Shown piece after piece: positions 16,830 to 30,555 of a stretch of DNA of 64,000 nt. The position numbers and the translations under genes were made by a program. The notes beneath the pieces were generated by a model. That model was given only the letters and a program-made list of their open reading frames with translations. It made no database searches and had not been told where the DNA came from. Source of the DNA: Eledone cirrhosa (Eukaryota); contig OZ024758.1 of NCBI GenBank assembly GCA_964016885.1, forward strand, positions 12,834,001 to 12,898,000, in the 5' to 3' direction. Position 1 is the first letter of the stretch. Each line of letters starts with the position of its first letter.

Positions 16830-17974
16830 ACGGATATATACAACCAAACTTTCCATCACAAACATAAACACACGCATTAGCACAAACACACACTCTCGCG
16901 GACATAGAACCAAGCTTACTCTCACACACCACACACACACACACTCCCAACACATTAGCATAGGCATACACACACATGGCAACCAAACACTACACACACA
17001 CACACCTACCAATACATTAACACACACACAAACACATACACACGAAGATACAGCCAAACGCTCACAAACATACACACACACAAAACACATACACACGAAG
17101 ATACAGCCAAACGCTCACAAACATACACACACACACATACACTCTCATACACGCACACATGTTATTTTACATATATATATATACATCGGTAAATTGGTAT
17201 ATTAATAGACATGGAATTAAACGAAACCAATTCTGTTGAGTTTTTCTCAGAATAGAAAGAAGTTTTGTCAGAATGGGTGGAAATCTTGTGAGATACGAGA
17301 AAAAGGTCACAGAATTTCAGATAAAAAATATATATATGTGTGTGTGTACGTGAATGTTTGTGTGTACATCTTCGTATCTCTGTGTATCTGTGTGTGTGTG
17401 TGTGTATGTGTGAGTGCAGTGCGTGAGTGCCGTGCGTGTATGTTTGTGTGTGTAGCTTCGTATCTGTGTGTGTGTAGCTTCGTATCTGTGTGTGTGTGTG
17501 CGTGTATGTGTTGTGTGTGTGTAGCTTCGTATCTGTGTGTGTGTGTGCGTGTATGTTTGTGTGTGTAGCTTCGTATCTGTATGGGTGTGTGTGTGTGTAT
17601 GTGTGTGTGCGTGTTTGTGCGTGTAGCTTCGTATCTGTGTGTGTTTGTGTGCGTGTATGTGTGTGTGTGTAGCTTCGTATCTGTGTGTGTGTACGTGTAT
17701 GTTTGTGTGTGAATCTTCGTATCTGTGTGTGTGGTGTATGTGTGTGGTGTGTGAGGTGTATGTGTGTGGTGTATGTGTGTGTGTATCCCCTTGAAGGTGG
17801 GAGCAACAACAACTTAGTGAGAGAGAGAGAGAGTGTATCTATGATAAGGATGATAAAAAAAGGGGGTCCCAGTCGTGGGTGTAACAGAATGTTAATATAT
17901 GAGTTGGCAGAATGTGGTCTGACCTGTTAAATTTGATATTAATGGCTGCCAATATTGAGTTGGTAAATTGCTGT

Positions 17975-18577
17975 GTAATGGTCTGTGTTGAAATAGCTGT
18001 GTAATGTATGTGTTGAAATAGATGTGTAATGTGGTGTATTGAAATAGCTGTGTAATGTATGTGTTGAAATAGATGTGTAATGGTTTGTGTTGAAATAGCT
18101 GTGTAATGGTCTGTGTTGAAATAGCTGTGAAATGGTCTGTGTTGAAATAGCTATGAAATGGTCTGTGTTGAAATAGCTGTGAAATGGTCTGTGTTGAAAT
18201 AGATGTGTAATGGTCTGTGTTGAAATAGATGTGTAATGGTCTGTGTTGAAATAGATGTGTAATCCGCTGTGTTGAAATAGCTGTGTAATGGTCTGTGTTG
18301 AAATAGATGTGTAATGGTCTGTGTTGAAATAGCTGTGTAATGTTGTGTATTGAAATAGATGTATAATGGTCTGTGTTGAAATAGCTGTGTAATGTGCTGT
18401 GTTGGAATTGATGTGTAAATGTGGTGTGTTGAAATAGCTGTGTAATGTGTGTTGAAATAGCTGTGTAATGTTGTGTGTTGAAATACGCGTAGCTGTGTAA
18501 TGTTGTGTGTTGGAATTGATGTGTAATATTGTGTGTTAAAATATATGTGTAATGGTCTGTGTTGAAATAACTGTGTA
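17975..18577. repeat. ~26-bp minisatellite, ~23 units
   Basis: Unit TGGTCTGTGTTGAAATAGCTGTGTAA. Confidence 0.92.
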
Positions 18578-19063
18578 TTTTAAAAATAAACAGTAAAAAT
18601 ATTTTACCAAATACATTTATTTATAGTTTAAAAAGAAGCAATTATTTCACACAATTATTTTTCTCCCTTTATGATTTTTAGGGCATAATAGAAGGCGTTT
18701 GTCCACGTTGCTGTGCAACAAGAGATACACAGTGTTGTCTAGCAAACTCCTTAAATACATATCCATGGCTTTTATTATTTTGTTTTCTCTTTTCACTTCA
18801 ATTCTTCATAAAGAGTTTTCTTGATTCCCTTACATAAAGTCCTTTGAAATCTCAACTCCCCTTAACTCTTGGTAACAAGTACAGATCTTCTCAAAATAAC
18901 CTCCTTATGGGTAAGCGGCATATCCGGGTGAAACGTTTAACTTTCAACAGATATTTATTCATGATACTAAATCTGAACACCTGCTCCTAAGGCGGACAAA
19001 ATCTAAAAAATTCTATGAACAATTGGTTTTTACTTATTATAATTTATTTTCCTGTCTTTACAG

Positions 19064-19302
19064 ATAGCAGCACGGATTTGCAGAAATGAAACTGGAGACA
19101 TTGGATGTTGGTAGATACTACTAATGGAACAAGCCGAAATTCTAGCCCTATAGATATTGAACCTAAGTCACCAAATCTCCGTCTTCCTAGCAGTAATGGC
19201 AGTATAGAAATGGCAAATATAACATGCATTCTAGAAACAAAAGATCTGTGGAATAAATTTCATGATCTCGGAACGGAAATGATCATAACTAAAATCTGGA
19301 AG
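19064..19302 (+). CDS. TBX20: Tbx20-class T-box transcription factor, first visible coding exon (start of T-box; frameshifted as assembled)
   Basis: Acceptor tttacag at 19063 and donor AG|gtaaag at 19303. Translates ...EMANITCILETKDLWNKFHDLGTEMIITK, then SGR once one extra A in the run 19291-19294 is removed. In-frame TGA at 19087 suggests further indels near the exon 5' end. Confidence 0.9.
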
Positions 19303-19367
19303 GTAAAGAATTACGACCATACTCTTCATTATCTATTTCTGTATATATATATGTGTATATATGTGAA

Positions 19368-19582
19368 GGCGTGTGGCTGAGTGGTTAGAGAATTGGATTC
19401 GCATCGTAAGGTTGTGAGTTTGATTCCTGGACCAGGTGATGCGTTATGTCCTTGAGCAAGACACTTTATTTCACGTTGCTCCTTCTACCTGGAGTTGCGA
19501 CCGATAGATAGTATTAGCAATTGGAAAGACCAACGGAGACATTGTTCCCTCGGTCCGATTTGACGAAAGTCGATCGTTCCTT
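19368..19582 (+). mobile_element. tRNA-derived SINE family 2 (Tbx20 intron)
   Basis: A-box TGGCTGAGTGG, B-box GAGTTTGATTCC, core TGTCCTTGAGCAAGACACTTTATTTCACGTTGCTCC; homologues at 45527 and 55180. Confidence 0.85.
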
Positions 19583-20382
19583 CATATGTTATATATATAT
19601 TTGATATATCTCATATGAAATGATACAGCCAATTTTCCACACAATACCAATTAGTTAGCACCCCGAACATTTAATTAGGAATATACTCAGGTATTTTCTA
19701 ATGTTTGTTGAGTGAGTTGGAATTTGGCATACAACAACAACAACACCACCACACCACAGCAACAACAACACAAGAACCCCCCCCCCCCCCCCCACCACAA
19801 CCACAACAACAACACCATCAACAACAACAACACCCCCACCACCACCACCACCACCACCAACAACAACACCCCCACCACTGCCACCACCACTACCACAACA
19901 ACAACAACACCATCAACAACAACACCACCACAACAACAACATCATCAACAACAACAACAAACAACAACACCCCCACCACCACCACCACCACCACCAACAA
20001 AACAACACCACCACCACCAACAACAACAAACAACACCCATCAACAACAACACATCAACAACAACACCACCACCACCACCACCACCACAACAACAACAACA
20101 ACACCATCAACAACAACACCACCACACAACAACACCATCATCAACAACAACAACAACAACAACACCCCACCACCACCAACACAACTACAACACCCCCACC
20201 ATCACCACCCCCCACAACAACAACAACAACAACACCCACACCACCACCACCACCACCACCACAACAACAACAACACCTACCCACCACACCACCACAACAA
20301 CAACACCACCACCACAACAACAACAACACCATCAACAACAACAACAACAACTAATACTTATTTTTTCCTCTATTCCTATCAG

Positions 20383-20656
20383 ACGTATGTTTCCAACGTT
20401 ACGTGTGTCGTTCCGAAATACTGATCCAGATACCCGATACTCCGTGCTAATGGATATAGTACCGTAGATAGCAAAAGGTACAGATATGCTTACCACAAAT
20501 CGTCATGGCTAGTAGCTGGAAAAGCCGACCCGGCATTGCCGACCCGGCTTTATATGCACCCCGATGGACCTCACTCAGGCTTGAACCTACAAAAGCAAAC
20601 TGTTTCGTTTGAAAAAATTAAAACTGACCAATAATTTATTAGATAAAAACGGCCAT
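20383..20656 (+). CDS. TBX20: Tbx20 T-box exon (two frameshifts as assembled)
   Basis: Acceptor cctatcag, donor CAT|gtaagt. Reads [27 protein letters not shown] / [51 protein letters not shown] / [13 protein letters not shown]. One base is missing at ~20463 and one A is extra in 20612-20617. [19 protein letters not shown] is characteristic of Tbx20. Confidence 0.93.
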
Positions 20657-20795
20657 GTAAGTACTTTGTACTTTTCTTTTTTGTACTTTCTTTCTTCTTC
20701 TTCTTCTTCTTCTTCTTATTATTATTATTATTATTATTATTCTTATAAGTATGTTTATCTCTCTCTCTATCTACATCTATCTATCTATCTATATA

Positions 20796-20838
<43 letters not shown>

Positions 20839-20889
20839 ATATATATATGTATATATATGTATATATATATATGTATGTATATATATATG

Positions 20890-20922
<33 letters not shown>

Positions 20923-20943
20923 GTATATATATATATGTATATA

Positions 20944-20992
<49 letters not shown>

Positions 20993-20993
20993 G

Positions 20994-21028
<35 letters not shown>

Positions 21029-21169
21029 GTATATATATATGTATACATATATATATATGTATATATATATGTATATATATATACATATATATATACATAT
21101 ATATATATGTATATATATATATATACATATATATATGTATATATATATATGTATATATATATACATATA

Positions 21170-21296
<127 letters not shown>

Positions 21297-21329
21297 ATAT
21301 ATATATATATATATATTTAATATAGAAAT

Positions 21330-21381
21330 GGCCTCTACAGGACAAGAGCTGTTTCATTCTGGAGAAATCATCAGGAAATCC
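21330..21381 (-). ncRNA. Type I hammerhead ribozyme (family A), antisense in Tbx20 intron
   Basis: Minus strand: GGAUUUC-CUGAUGA-UUUCUCCAGAAU-GAAA-CAG(CUCUUGUC)CUG-UA-GAGGCC. Confidence 0.7.
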
Positions 21382-21524
21382 GACTGTCAATGTAATATGG
21401 TGGTATTTATACATTTTCTGGTGGTAGGAGAGGGTGGTGATTGGGATGGGAGGAGGTCATTGGTTGATGGATTTAAAGAAATATATATGTACATATATAT
21501 AAAAACAAACAGGGTGTGGTAAAA

Positions 21525-21682
21525 TACCAGGTGCACTATAACGTACCAGATTAATCGATACTTGGGGTAGTGGAGTGGGTAATATGAAATGATTCAGGAC
21601 CCCGACGCCTGAGCTCCGGCCGTTTCGACAGCGAGTTCGGATCTAGCTGTCGAAACGGGCGTCGGGTTCTTGAACCTGTTCA
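21525..21682. mobile_element. Family B diverged, palindromic copy (Tbx20 intron)
   Basis: GACCCCGACGCC...CGTTTCGACAGC / GCTGTCGAAACG...GGCGTCGGGTTC foldback. Confidence 0.7.
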
Positions 21683-21690
21683 TATATATA

Positions 21691-21735
<45 letters not shown>

Positions 21736-22160
21736 AGTATTGGTAAAACCAGTTCTATATTGGGGGATTCTGTTGACCAATCTAAGTGATATGCCAAATG
21801 TATATGAACTGGTTAGCACTTTAAAAATGTGAATAAACTTCACGTACACTGAGATGGCGCTAAACATAAAAACGTAAAAACAACAGCAAACATTGTAGGA
21901 ATGAAATATTTTATTACACTGTTTGCATAACTGTTTATGTTGCGTATTTTAGCATCAGTACTTTCAGTAGCATCCATCGATTTCATTTGAATATTTACAC
22001 CTCTGTTGTAGAACATAAACTATCGTAAATGCTTTTCCCAGCTTTTTCTAGTCTTGTAATTCACCGTCTCTTGTATTTATTTCCTTGTTATATTTTATTA
22101 CTATCTATTACCAGCTTTTATGTTATCGAACTTGTGTGTTTTTTTATATGTATTTTTCAG

Positions 22161-22328
22161 ATCATTCTAAACAGTATGCACAAATATCAACCAAGAATCC
22201 ACATTGTAAAGAAACGTGATAATATAAACGAGACCACATCCATCACTAATTTGGATGCTGAAGAATTCCGGACATTTGTATTTCCAGAAACCGTTTTTAT
22301 CGCCGTCACAGCATACCAAAATCAGCTT
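22161..22328 (+). CDS. TBX20: Tbx20 T-box exon
   Basis: tttttcag acceptor, CTT|gtgagt donor, 168 nt open: [19 protein letters not shown]...[21 protein letters not shown]. Confidence 0.97.
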
Positions 22329-22797
22329 GTGAGTATTAACCAGCTAGACTTTATTGAAAGAATGTCGTTTAAGAAATAATTTTACGATATCATTTATGCT
22401 TAGGGAAGAAAAATAAAACAAGACAAAGACAAAATAAATGTTACCTGCTACTATAAGAAAAACAAAATGGAGAAAAAGTAGAAAATATTGGTAATGTTGT
22501 TACATACATGGCTTGAAAAATATCTATCGTCTGCTACACTAAATGAAAAGAAAAAAAAATCATAAGATTGTCGTCTGTTTTATTGAATTACAAGATTTGG
22601 GAAATAAAGTGTTTCCTTGTATTTCACAATAAATATAAGTTGTGAATATGTATGAAAATGACTGAAGTTAAAACTGATTATTTATTGTAATAAATCAGAA
22701 AATAAATAAAACAAGAAATAATATAGTAATGTTCAGGTACGAACAACGTGTCGTTATTGTAATCTATTCACATAGTAGAAAATTCGCTTTTACATAG

Positions 22798-22830
<33 letters not shown>

Positions 22831-22896
22831 GAAATAGATACATAGATATATATATATATATATAGAAATATATAGATTACATAGATATATATACAC

Positions 22897-22974
<78 letters not shown>

Positions 22975-23265
22975 GTATGCATGTATGTATATATGCATGC
23001 AAATGTGTATGTATATTCATTCAACGAAATACATTTTCGTCTCGATAGAAAGATAAAATGAGCGCCACTCTATAAAAATTCAAGGAAACCGGTTCGAATA
23101 AAAGATTAAAAAGTATTGAAAATGTAAGCAGACATTTTGAAGGAGAACTATCGATTAACTGAAATCATACTAACACAACACCACACAACACAGTACAATA
23201 CAACACAACACCACACAACACAACATAAGACAACATAACTTAATGATTGTATCCTTTCGTTTCAG

Positions 23266-23342
23266 ATAACCAAATTAAAAATTGATAGCAATCCATTTGC
23301 CAAAGGTTTTAGAGATTCCAGTCGTTTGTCTGACTTTGAAAG
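23266..23342 (+). CDS. TBX20: Tbx20 exon, end of T-box
   Basis: tttcag acceptor, AG|gtaaat donor; ITKLKIDSNPFAKGFRDSSRLSDFE(R). Confidence 0.97.
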
Positions 23343-23650
23343 GTAAATTTTACCGTTTCACGATATTTTCTCTTACATCTCAACTGATATTTATGCATTT
23401 CTTAAGCGACCATTTCATGCAAATTGCTTGATTGTGTGTATGTATGTCTGTATGTGTGTGTATGTGTGATTATATTTGTTGTGTGTATGTGAATATGTGT
23501 GTGTACATATCTGTCAGTGTAATTATGAAGGTTTGTGTATTATGAACGGTTTGCATCTATATATATATATGTACATATATATGTGTGTGTGTGCTTGTAT
23601 GTATGTATGGTGTGTGTGTATGTATGTAAGTATTTATGTATGTGCGTAAA

Positions 23651-23695
<45 letters not shown>

Positions 23696-24264
23696 CTGAA
23701 TGTGTGTGTGTATGTGTATATATAAGCATATATATGTGTGCCTGTTACACAGCTAACTCGTGATATTATAATTTTGTCCACTTTTCAAATTTATCGCTTG
23801 ATATATATGACAAGTGAAAATGAGATAGTTCCTCTTTTCTAGAAGCAAGTCTGTGAATAAAGTTTATAATTTAAATAAGGATTCATAACGTAGATTATAA
23901 GACGTATGTCTTCCTCGTAGGTTTTAGTTTCTAAATCAACATAAAAACCTGAACAGTTATAACCACAAACAAACACACAAAGCAACGAGAAACCTTATAT
24001 AACAAATATTTTCAACAATAATTACATGATATATAATTATTTTTTACACACAAAAATTGTCGTTTTATTAACAACAGCAAAGAATATTTAAAAATAGAAA
24101 TTTGTTAAACATGAAGTCGATAGCTTGGATTTGTTTAATGTAACAGATATTCCATCTTTCTGTTTGTTTTTAAAGTAAAATTGAAATGAAACATGATATT
24201 AGGTGTAGCGAAGGAGAATTACATAAATTCGCCATTTTTGTATACTTCTTCTGAGTGTTTTGTG

Positions 24265-24302
<38 letters not shown>

Positions 24303-24308
24303 TTTACC

Positions 24309-24340
<32 letters not shown>

Positions 24341-24376
24341 TTTACCTATATATATATGTGTATATATGTGTATATA

Positions 24377-24467
<91 letters not shown>

Positions 24468-24967
24468 ATATATATATACATACTATACAGGTATATAATT
24501 ATATATATAATTTCACAAAACACACGTGAGTATTCAAACATATTTCATACATAAGCTTACATAAATACACAAACACGACACACAAATATGTGTATATGCA
24601 TAATATATGATTTTTGTGTGTATATTTGTGTGTTTGTGTCCATTCAGAAACGAATTTATAGACACAATTACAAAATCCACATGAATATCCACCGAAACAT
24701 ACGTACCCACACATATGCATGCAATTAAATGTTTATTTTTCATTTAGAGTACAGAATATCATTATTATTTATATCTAAATGGATTTGTGAGTTTTATATC
24801 GAATAATTATAATATTTGATTCGTTTGCAAGCAACCGATATAAAAATCACGAATGCATTTACGTATCCGCTGTGTTAGAGCGAAAAAATAAATTCTAATT
24901 TTATTTATATATAATCCTTAATTACTTCCACTCACCTTTATAATTTAACTTAGAAATTACATATTAG

Positions 24968-25270
24968 TAATTAGAAATTAAGAATTAGAAATTAGAAATT
25001 AGAAATTAGAAATTAAGAATTAAGAATTAGAAATTAGAAATTAGAAATTAAGAATTAAGAATTAGAAATTAGAAATTAGAAATTAAGAATTAGGAATTAG
25101 AAATTAGGAATTAGAAATTAAGAATTAGAAATTAGAAATTAGAAATTAAGAATTAGGAATTAGAAGTTAGAAATTAGAAATTAAGAATTAGAAATTAGAA
25201 ATTAGAAATTAAGAATTAGAAATTAAAAATTAAAAATTAGAAATTAGTAGTTAGAAGTTAGAAATTAGTA
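24968..25270. repeat. 7-bp tandem repeat (TTAGAAA/TTAAGAA)
   Basis: Direct inspection. Confidence 0.92.
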
Positions 25271-25340
25271 AAACATCTACTGCTACTTTAAACAATATTC
25301 TTACGCAGACTGCTTTTTACAGTAAAAAACTGTTTTACAG

Positions 25341-25462
25341 AGAAAGTGTGGAAGGCCTCATACATCATCACACATATGCTCGTTCTCCCCTTAGATCTTA
25401 CGGTGACGGTGACTACGGCGACGGAGAACCTTTGAAATTTCGCGAATCTCCATATTCTAAAT
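25341..25462 (+). CDS. TBX20: Tbx20 post-T-box exon
   Basis: ttttacag acceptor, T|gtaagt donor, phase-compatible with its neighbours. ESVEGLIHHHTYARSPLRSYG resembles the vertebrate TBX20 segment ESVESLIQKHSYARSPIRTYG. Confidence 0.93.
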
Positions 25463-25538
25463 GTAAGTATTATTGTTATTATTATTATTATTATTATTAT
25501 TTTTTTTTTATTTTCTTATATAAATAATAAAAATATTT

Positions 25539-25622
25539 ACACGCACAAAACCCACATCGTATCGTCCTGTTCCGTCTGTGATGTTTTTCTTGATGTCAAC
25601 CCTTGTGGCCAATAAAGAAATC
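25539..25622 (+). mobile_element. Probable LINE 3' tail fragment
   Basis: Shared with 50330-50422; ends CCCTTGTGGCCAATAAAGAA followed by a trinucleotide tail. Confidence 0.5.
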
Positions 25623-25647
25623 ATTGTTATTATTATTATTATTATTA

Positions 25648-25678
<31 letters not shown>

Positions 25679-25680
25679 AA

Positions 25681-26110
25681 GGCGGTGGATTGGCAGTATC
25701 GGTGGAGGGTCGGACGCCATGCTTTGAAGCATAGAGTTACCTCCCTGTATGATCTGAGTTCAAATCCCGCCGAGGTTAACTTTGCCTTTCATCCTTACGG
25801 GGTCGATAAAATAAAGTACCAGTCACGCACTGGGGTCGATTTCATCGACTTTTCCCTCCCCCCAAAATTGCTGGCTTTGTGCCTACATAAGAAAGCATTA
25901 TTATTATTATTATTATTAAAGGGCGATGGATTGGCAGTATCAGTAGAGGGTCGGACGCCATGCTTTGACGCGTAGAGTTACGGCTCTTGCCATTGTGAGT
26001 TCAAATCCCGCCGAGGTTAACTTTGCCTTTCATCCTTACGAGGTCGATAAAATAAAGTACCAGTAATACACTGGGTAATTGCTGGCCTTGTGCCAAAAGT
26101 AGAAACAATT
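25681..26110 (+). mobile_element. Two SINE family 1 copies (Tbx20 intron)
   Basis: 25681-25887 and 25922-26110, each following an (ATT)n tract. Confidence 0.87.
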
Positions 26111-26156
<46 letters not shown>

Positions 26157-26240
26157 AAAGCAAAAGAAAAACACGATTAAATCAATGTTAAAACGAATTT
26201 TAATCTTTAACTTTGTCTAACCTTTTTATATATATATAGT

Positions 26241-26402
26241 ATTTAGTTATGTAACAAACAACATAAGACAATTATTCCATTTACCAAAGGTTTCACGAAG
26301 ACAGACGAGCTCGACACAGACGTCTGTGTCGAGCTCGTCTGTCTTCGTGAAATATTTGGTAAATGGGATAATTGTCTTATGTTGTTTATTACGAAACTAA
26401 AT
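26241..26402. repeat. Long intronic hairpin with 62-bp perfect palindromic core (26291-26352)
   Basis: TTTCACGAAGACAGACGAGCTCGACACAGAC|GTCTGTGTCGAGCTCGTCTGTCTTCGTGAAA plus ~50-bp imperfect outer arms. Confidence 0.92.
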
Positions 26403-26461
26403 AGCTCTGTAGCCTACATAGAGCACTCTCCTTTCCTTTACCTTTCCTACGGAAACATTTA

Positions 26462-26493
<32 letters not shown>

Positions 26494-26500
26494 TTTTTAG

Positions 26501-26901
26501 CTGGTGAACCGGGTCATGACAAAAACGGAACAATGATGTTACCACATTGGGCACTATGGCGACCATCTTTATCAGCACGGGGTTCATCAGCGTATTCTAT
26601 GGATCAAAGTTTATATGCATGGTACGGCAGTATGTACGGTATTCCGGCATCAGCTGCTACAGCAGCAGCGGCAGCGGCAGCAGGCATTGTATTTCCAAAT
26701 CTAGGACTTCATCCGTTTCAATTACCAGAAAATCTCAGAGATTTCCGAAACGCTGCTGCTGTTGCGAATGCTTATTCCGGAATCACACCTTCTGATAATT
26801 CTTCACATTTTCTAACTGGCTCCCACCGATTCCACCCGTATTTTGTGTCGGAAGATGTCAAAAGAGAAGGCGCCTCATTAGTCGAAGGATGCCGACCCTG
26901 A
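26501..26901 (+). CDS. TBX20: Tbx20 last coding exon (Ala-rich C-terminal region, ...HRFHPY...)
   Basis: tttttag acceptor at 26500. The phase-1 join puts ORF 26533-26901 in frame; poly-Ala tract, RFHPY motif, TGA ending at 26901. Confidence 0.88.
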
Positions 26902-27505
26902 ACATTGTAAAATAATCACCTGCCGACACGTGATTCAATTATTTCAGGTACGTCATCTTTATTTTGGTTATATCGTTTAATTCTGTTGTTTTTTTTTTTT
27001 TGTTGTAACGTTGGTGAATTAGAAGAATCAGTAGAGCTACGGTTATTATAACTTGCAGTAAATATTTATAGTCATTTATGGTTTGGGTTTAAATTATTCT
27101 AGGTTTGAATGACTCAATTTGTCGATAAAATAAACTCTTTGCTCTGAGCTTATCTTGAGTGTCATTATGAGAGCTGTTGACTTTCATCATTATGGGGTCG
27201 ATAAAATAAATTCGTTGATTTGAGTGTTATGAGAGCAATAGAGTTTCATCATTACGGGGTCGATAAAATAAAATACCAGTAACACACTGGAGTCGATTCA
27301 ATTGACTTTTCCTTCTCTCAACATTGCTGGCCTTGTGTTTAAATCAGACACCTTATGAATGAAGTAGACTGGCAGAATCAGTAAAATGATAGACAATATA
27401 GTGTACGATATATAATTATGCTTCTTTACACTGTGGGTTCAAATCTCATCGCTTTCTAAATGTCATTATAAATGTGCAACATTTTATCTTCAAAAACAAT
27501 CATCA

Positions 27506-27683
27506 TTGGCAGTATCGGTAGAGGATTGGACGCCATGCTTTGCAGCAAAGAGTTACGTCCCTTTACGGAATGAGTTCAAATCCCGCCGAGGTTAACTTTG
27601 CCTTTCATCCTTACGGGGTCGATAAAATAAAGTGTCAGTAATGTAATGGATAATTACTGGCCTTGTGCCAAAAGTAGAAACAA
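27506..27683 (+). mobile_element. SINE family 1
   Basis: A/B boxes, core and tail present; older degraded core repeats at 27120-27340. Confidence 0.85.
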
Positions 27684-27976
27684 TCTTTATTAGTATTTGC
27701 GTTGTATTAATTCCCTTTATTTTTTCATTCATTTTCATTTTTACCATTCCAGGCGTGTCGAATGATATATCTCGAAACTCCTTGACAGTCCTCAACATGT
27801 CTTCGATACCCTACGGTACTTCCGGACAGTAATTCAAGTGAAAGAAAAGAAAATCTAGAAGAATAAGAAGGGAAAGAAGATAAAGAAAGGGAAGTTGATT
27901 ATGAATAAAGAAAGGGAGACACAACTAAAGGCGAAAAAGTCCCTACAACACCTCAACAAACCTTTCATAAATTCCG

Positions 27977-28079
<103 letters not shown>

Positions 28080-28092
28080 TATTTATATATAT

Positions 28093-28150
<58 letters not shown>

Positions 28151-28585
28151 GGTCATCGTCACTAAACGTGTCTAACAAACATGGCTGCTATACACTCCTC
28201 ATCTTTACTCACGTCTGACCGTATGGAGAAAAAACACCATATATAATACAAATAAACGAACACGTATGATGGATACGTTAAAACTTTGACCTCTCATTCT
28301 GTCTGACATATCGCTTGGCTTGCCGCCGCCATTAGTGTTGCTGCTGATGGTGTTACTGTTGTTGCTGCTACTGCTGTTGTTATTGCTGCTGTTGCTGCTC
28401 AACCGCTGCCACACTCAGGCTGAGAAGTTCATAAGCAAATACATTCACTCACAGAATCTAACAATAATATGTTTTAATATATACATGTATTTTCCTCATT
28501 TCTTTCTCTCTCGCTCTCTCTTTCACACACACACACACACATATACACTCACACACTCATACACACACACACACACACATACACA

Positions 28586-28671
<86 letters not shown>

Positions 28672-29147
28672 CTCTCTCTTTCTCTCTATCTATTTATCTA
28701 TCTATCTATTTATTTAATCACACAAAAAACATGAATAAAAACAGCAACGATAAAAACAGGTGACAATAATAATTCACAACAATAACGATAAGAAATGCAA
28801 CAATAACAACAATAACAACAACAGCCGTAACAACAACAACAGCAATAACAACTGTAACAATACTACAACAGCAACAACGACGACGACAAACAACAACAAC
28901 AGCAACAGCAACTGTAACTATACAACAACAACAGCAAGAACAGCAACAACAACATCAACAGCAACAACAACAACAACAACAGATGTAACTACAACAACAG
29001 ATGTAAACCAGCAGCCACGTCAGAAATGTGTAGTGACAGCAACAGATGCAGCATAAAGAAAGTGATTATCTAATACAAGATGGCGGACTATAAATAGACA
29101 TTTCTGCTCTCTATTTTGCAAGAAATAGCAGCAAAAATAACAAAAGC

Positions 29148-29188
<41 letters not shown>

Positions 29189-30003
29189 TAACAACAATGG
29201 TGGTGGTGGTGAGTGGGATGGTGGTAAAACAAATAATCCGGTCTTTATTTGCAAAAGGAGTGAATTTCTGCAAAACTGTGGAGAGTTTTACATCGAGTGA
29301 AAACAACAGCAACAACAACAACAGCAACAATAATAATAATACTAATAATAATGATAATAATTTATAATAATAAAAATAATGATAATAAAATCTCCACAAT
29401 AACAACAACAAGAAAGGTGTTAAGTGAGAGCATTATGCTGGAATATTTTGTTGTAAAAAAACAAATGCAATAATTTCTTTCACGAGGTCCTAATTTTCAA
29501 CCCACGAAATGTAAAAAACAAAACTCAATAAATAACAGAACAATGCAGGAAATTGAGGACAAATGGGCCCAGATTCTCAGTAAAGTCTATAAAACTGTGT
29601 AAATAAGAACGTTTTTGTCTTTTACAGAAGGAACTCGTTCATATAATGGTTCAATATGTGATATTTACTGAGATTGATATTGGCTTTGTGTGATTGAGAT
29701 AAGATCTTTAATATTTAAATATTTAAAATATTGAAATATATTATAGCGCTTAATGCTCTCAAGAAACTGTTTGAAGATCACAGGAAGTTACCTTTTATTT
29801 CTTTCTCCCTCTCAACCCACAAATACTTTGACCCGCACACATAACTTTATAAATCTGAGATCATATATTTATGGAAGAAAGAATTCTTACTGCAACCAAT
29901 GAAACTATGAAGGCACCAATTCTGGAATAAAACAGCAGCCAAATTCTCTCACATATATATTTGCTCATATTTGCTCAACGGGTTTATATATACGCTTTTT
30001 TTT

Positions 30004-30054
<51 letters not shown>

Positions 30055-30523
30055 TTACAATTCTTATCGAGCCCTCTTCGGAAATTTGGACTTCGCAATT
30101 ATTAATACTATATATATATATGTATATATATAGTAATAATAATTGCGAAGACCAAATATATATATAAATATGTGATTTATTTATTTATGTTCATACACGG
30201 AACAAAAACGGCTACCTAATGTTTCAAGGTCAAATTATGACCATCTCCTCGGAATGTACACTGTCCACAGAGTGGAAGAACGCTGAAATATGTGACCTTG
30301 TTATTATACAAGTTAACAACAACAATACTCCCATGACTACCACCATAGCACCGCCGCCACCATCTCTCTCATGCCAAAACATCCTCCAATTTTATTTTAA
30401 TAAGAAACAATCCCGGAAAAAAATAACATTTAATAAAATATACTTGCTGTTCCTTAGACAGAAGGGGCAAAGCAAAGAACAACATACACACAGACACACA
30501 CACACACACACATATATATATAA

Positions 30524-30555
<32 letters not shown>

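Noticed and set aside
17975-18577. GTTGAAAT-containing repeats reminiscent of CRISPR repeat ends
   Set aside because: No spacers and no cas genes; simple 26-bp minisatellite
19291-20467. Compensating +1/-1 frameshift pair or programmed frameshifting in Tbx20
   Set aside because: The shifted frame hits TGA at 20422-20424 before the compensating deletion
24968-25270. Telomere-like repeat
   Set aside because: The unit is 7-bp TTAGAAA/TTAAGAA, not TTAGGG
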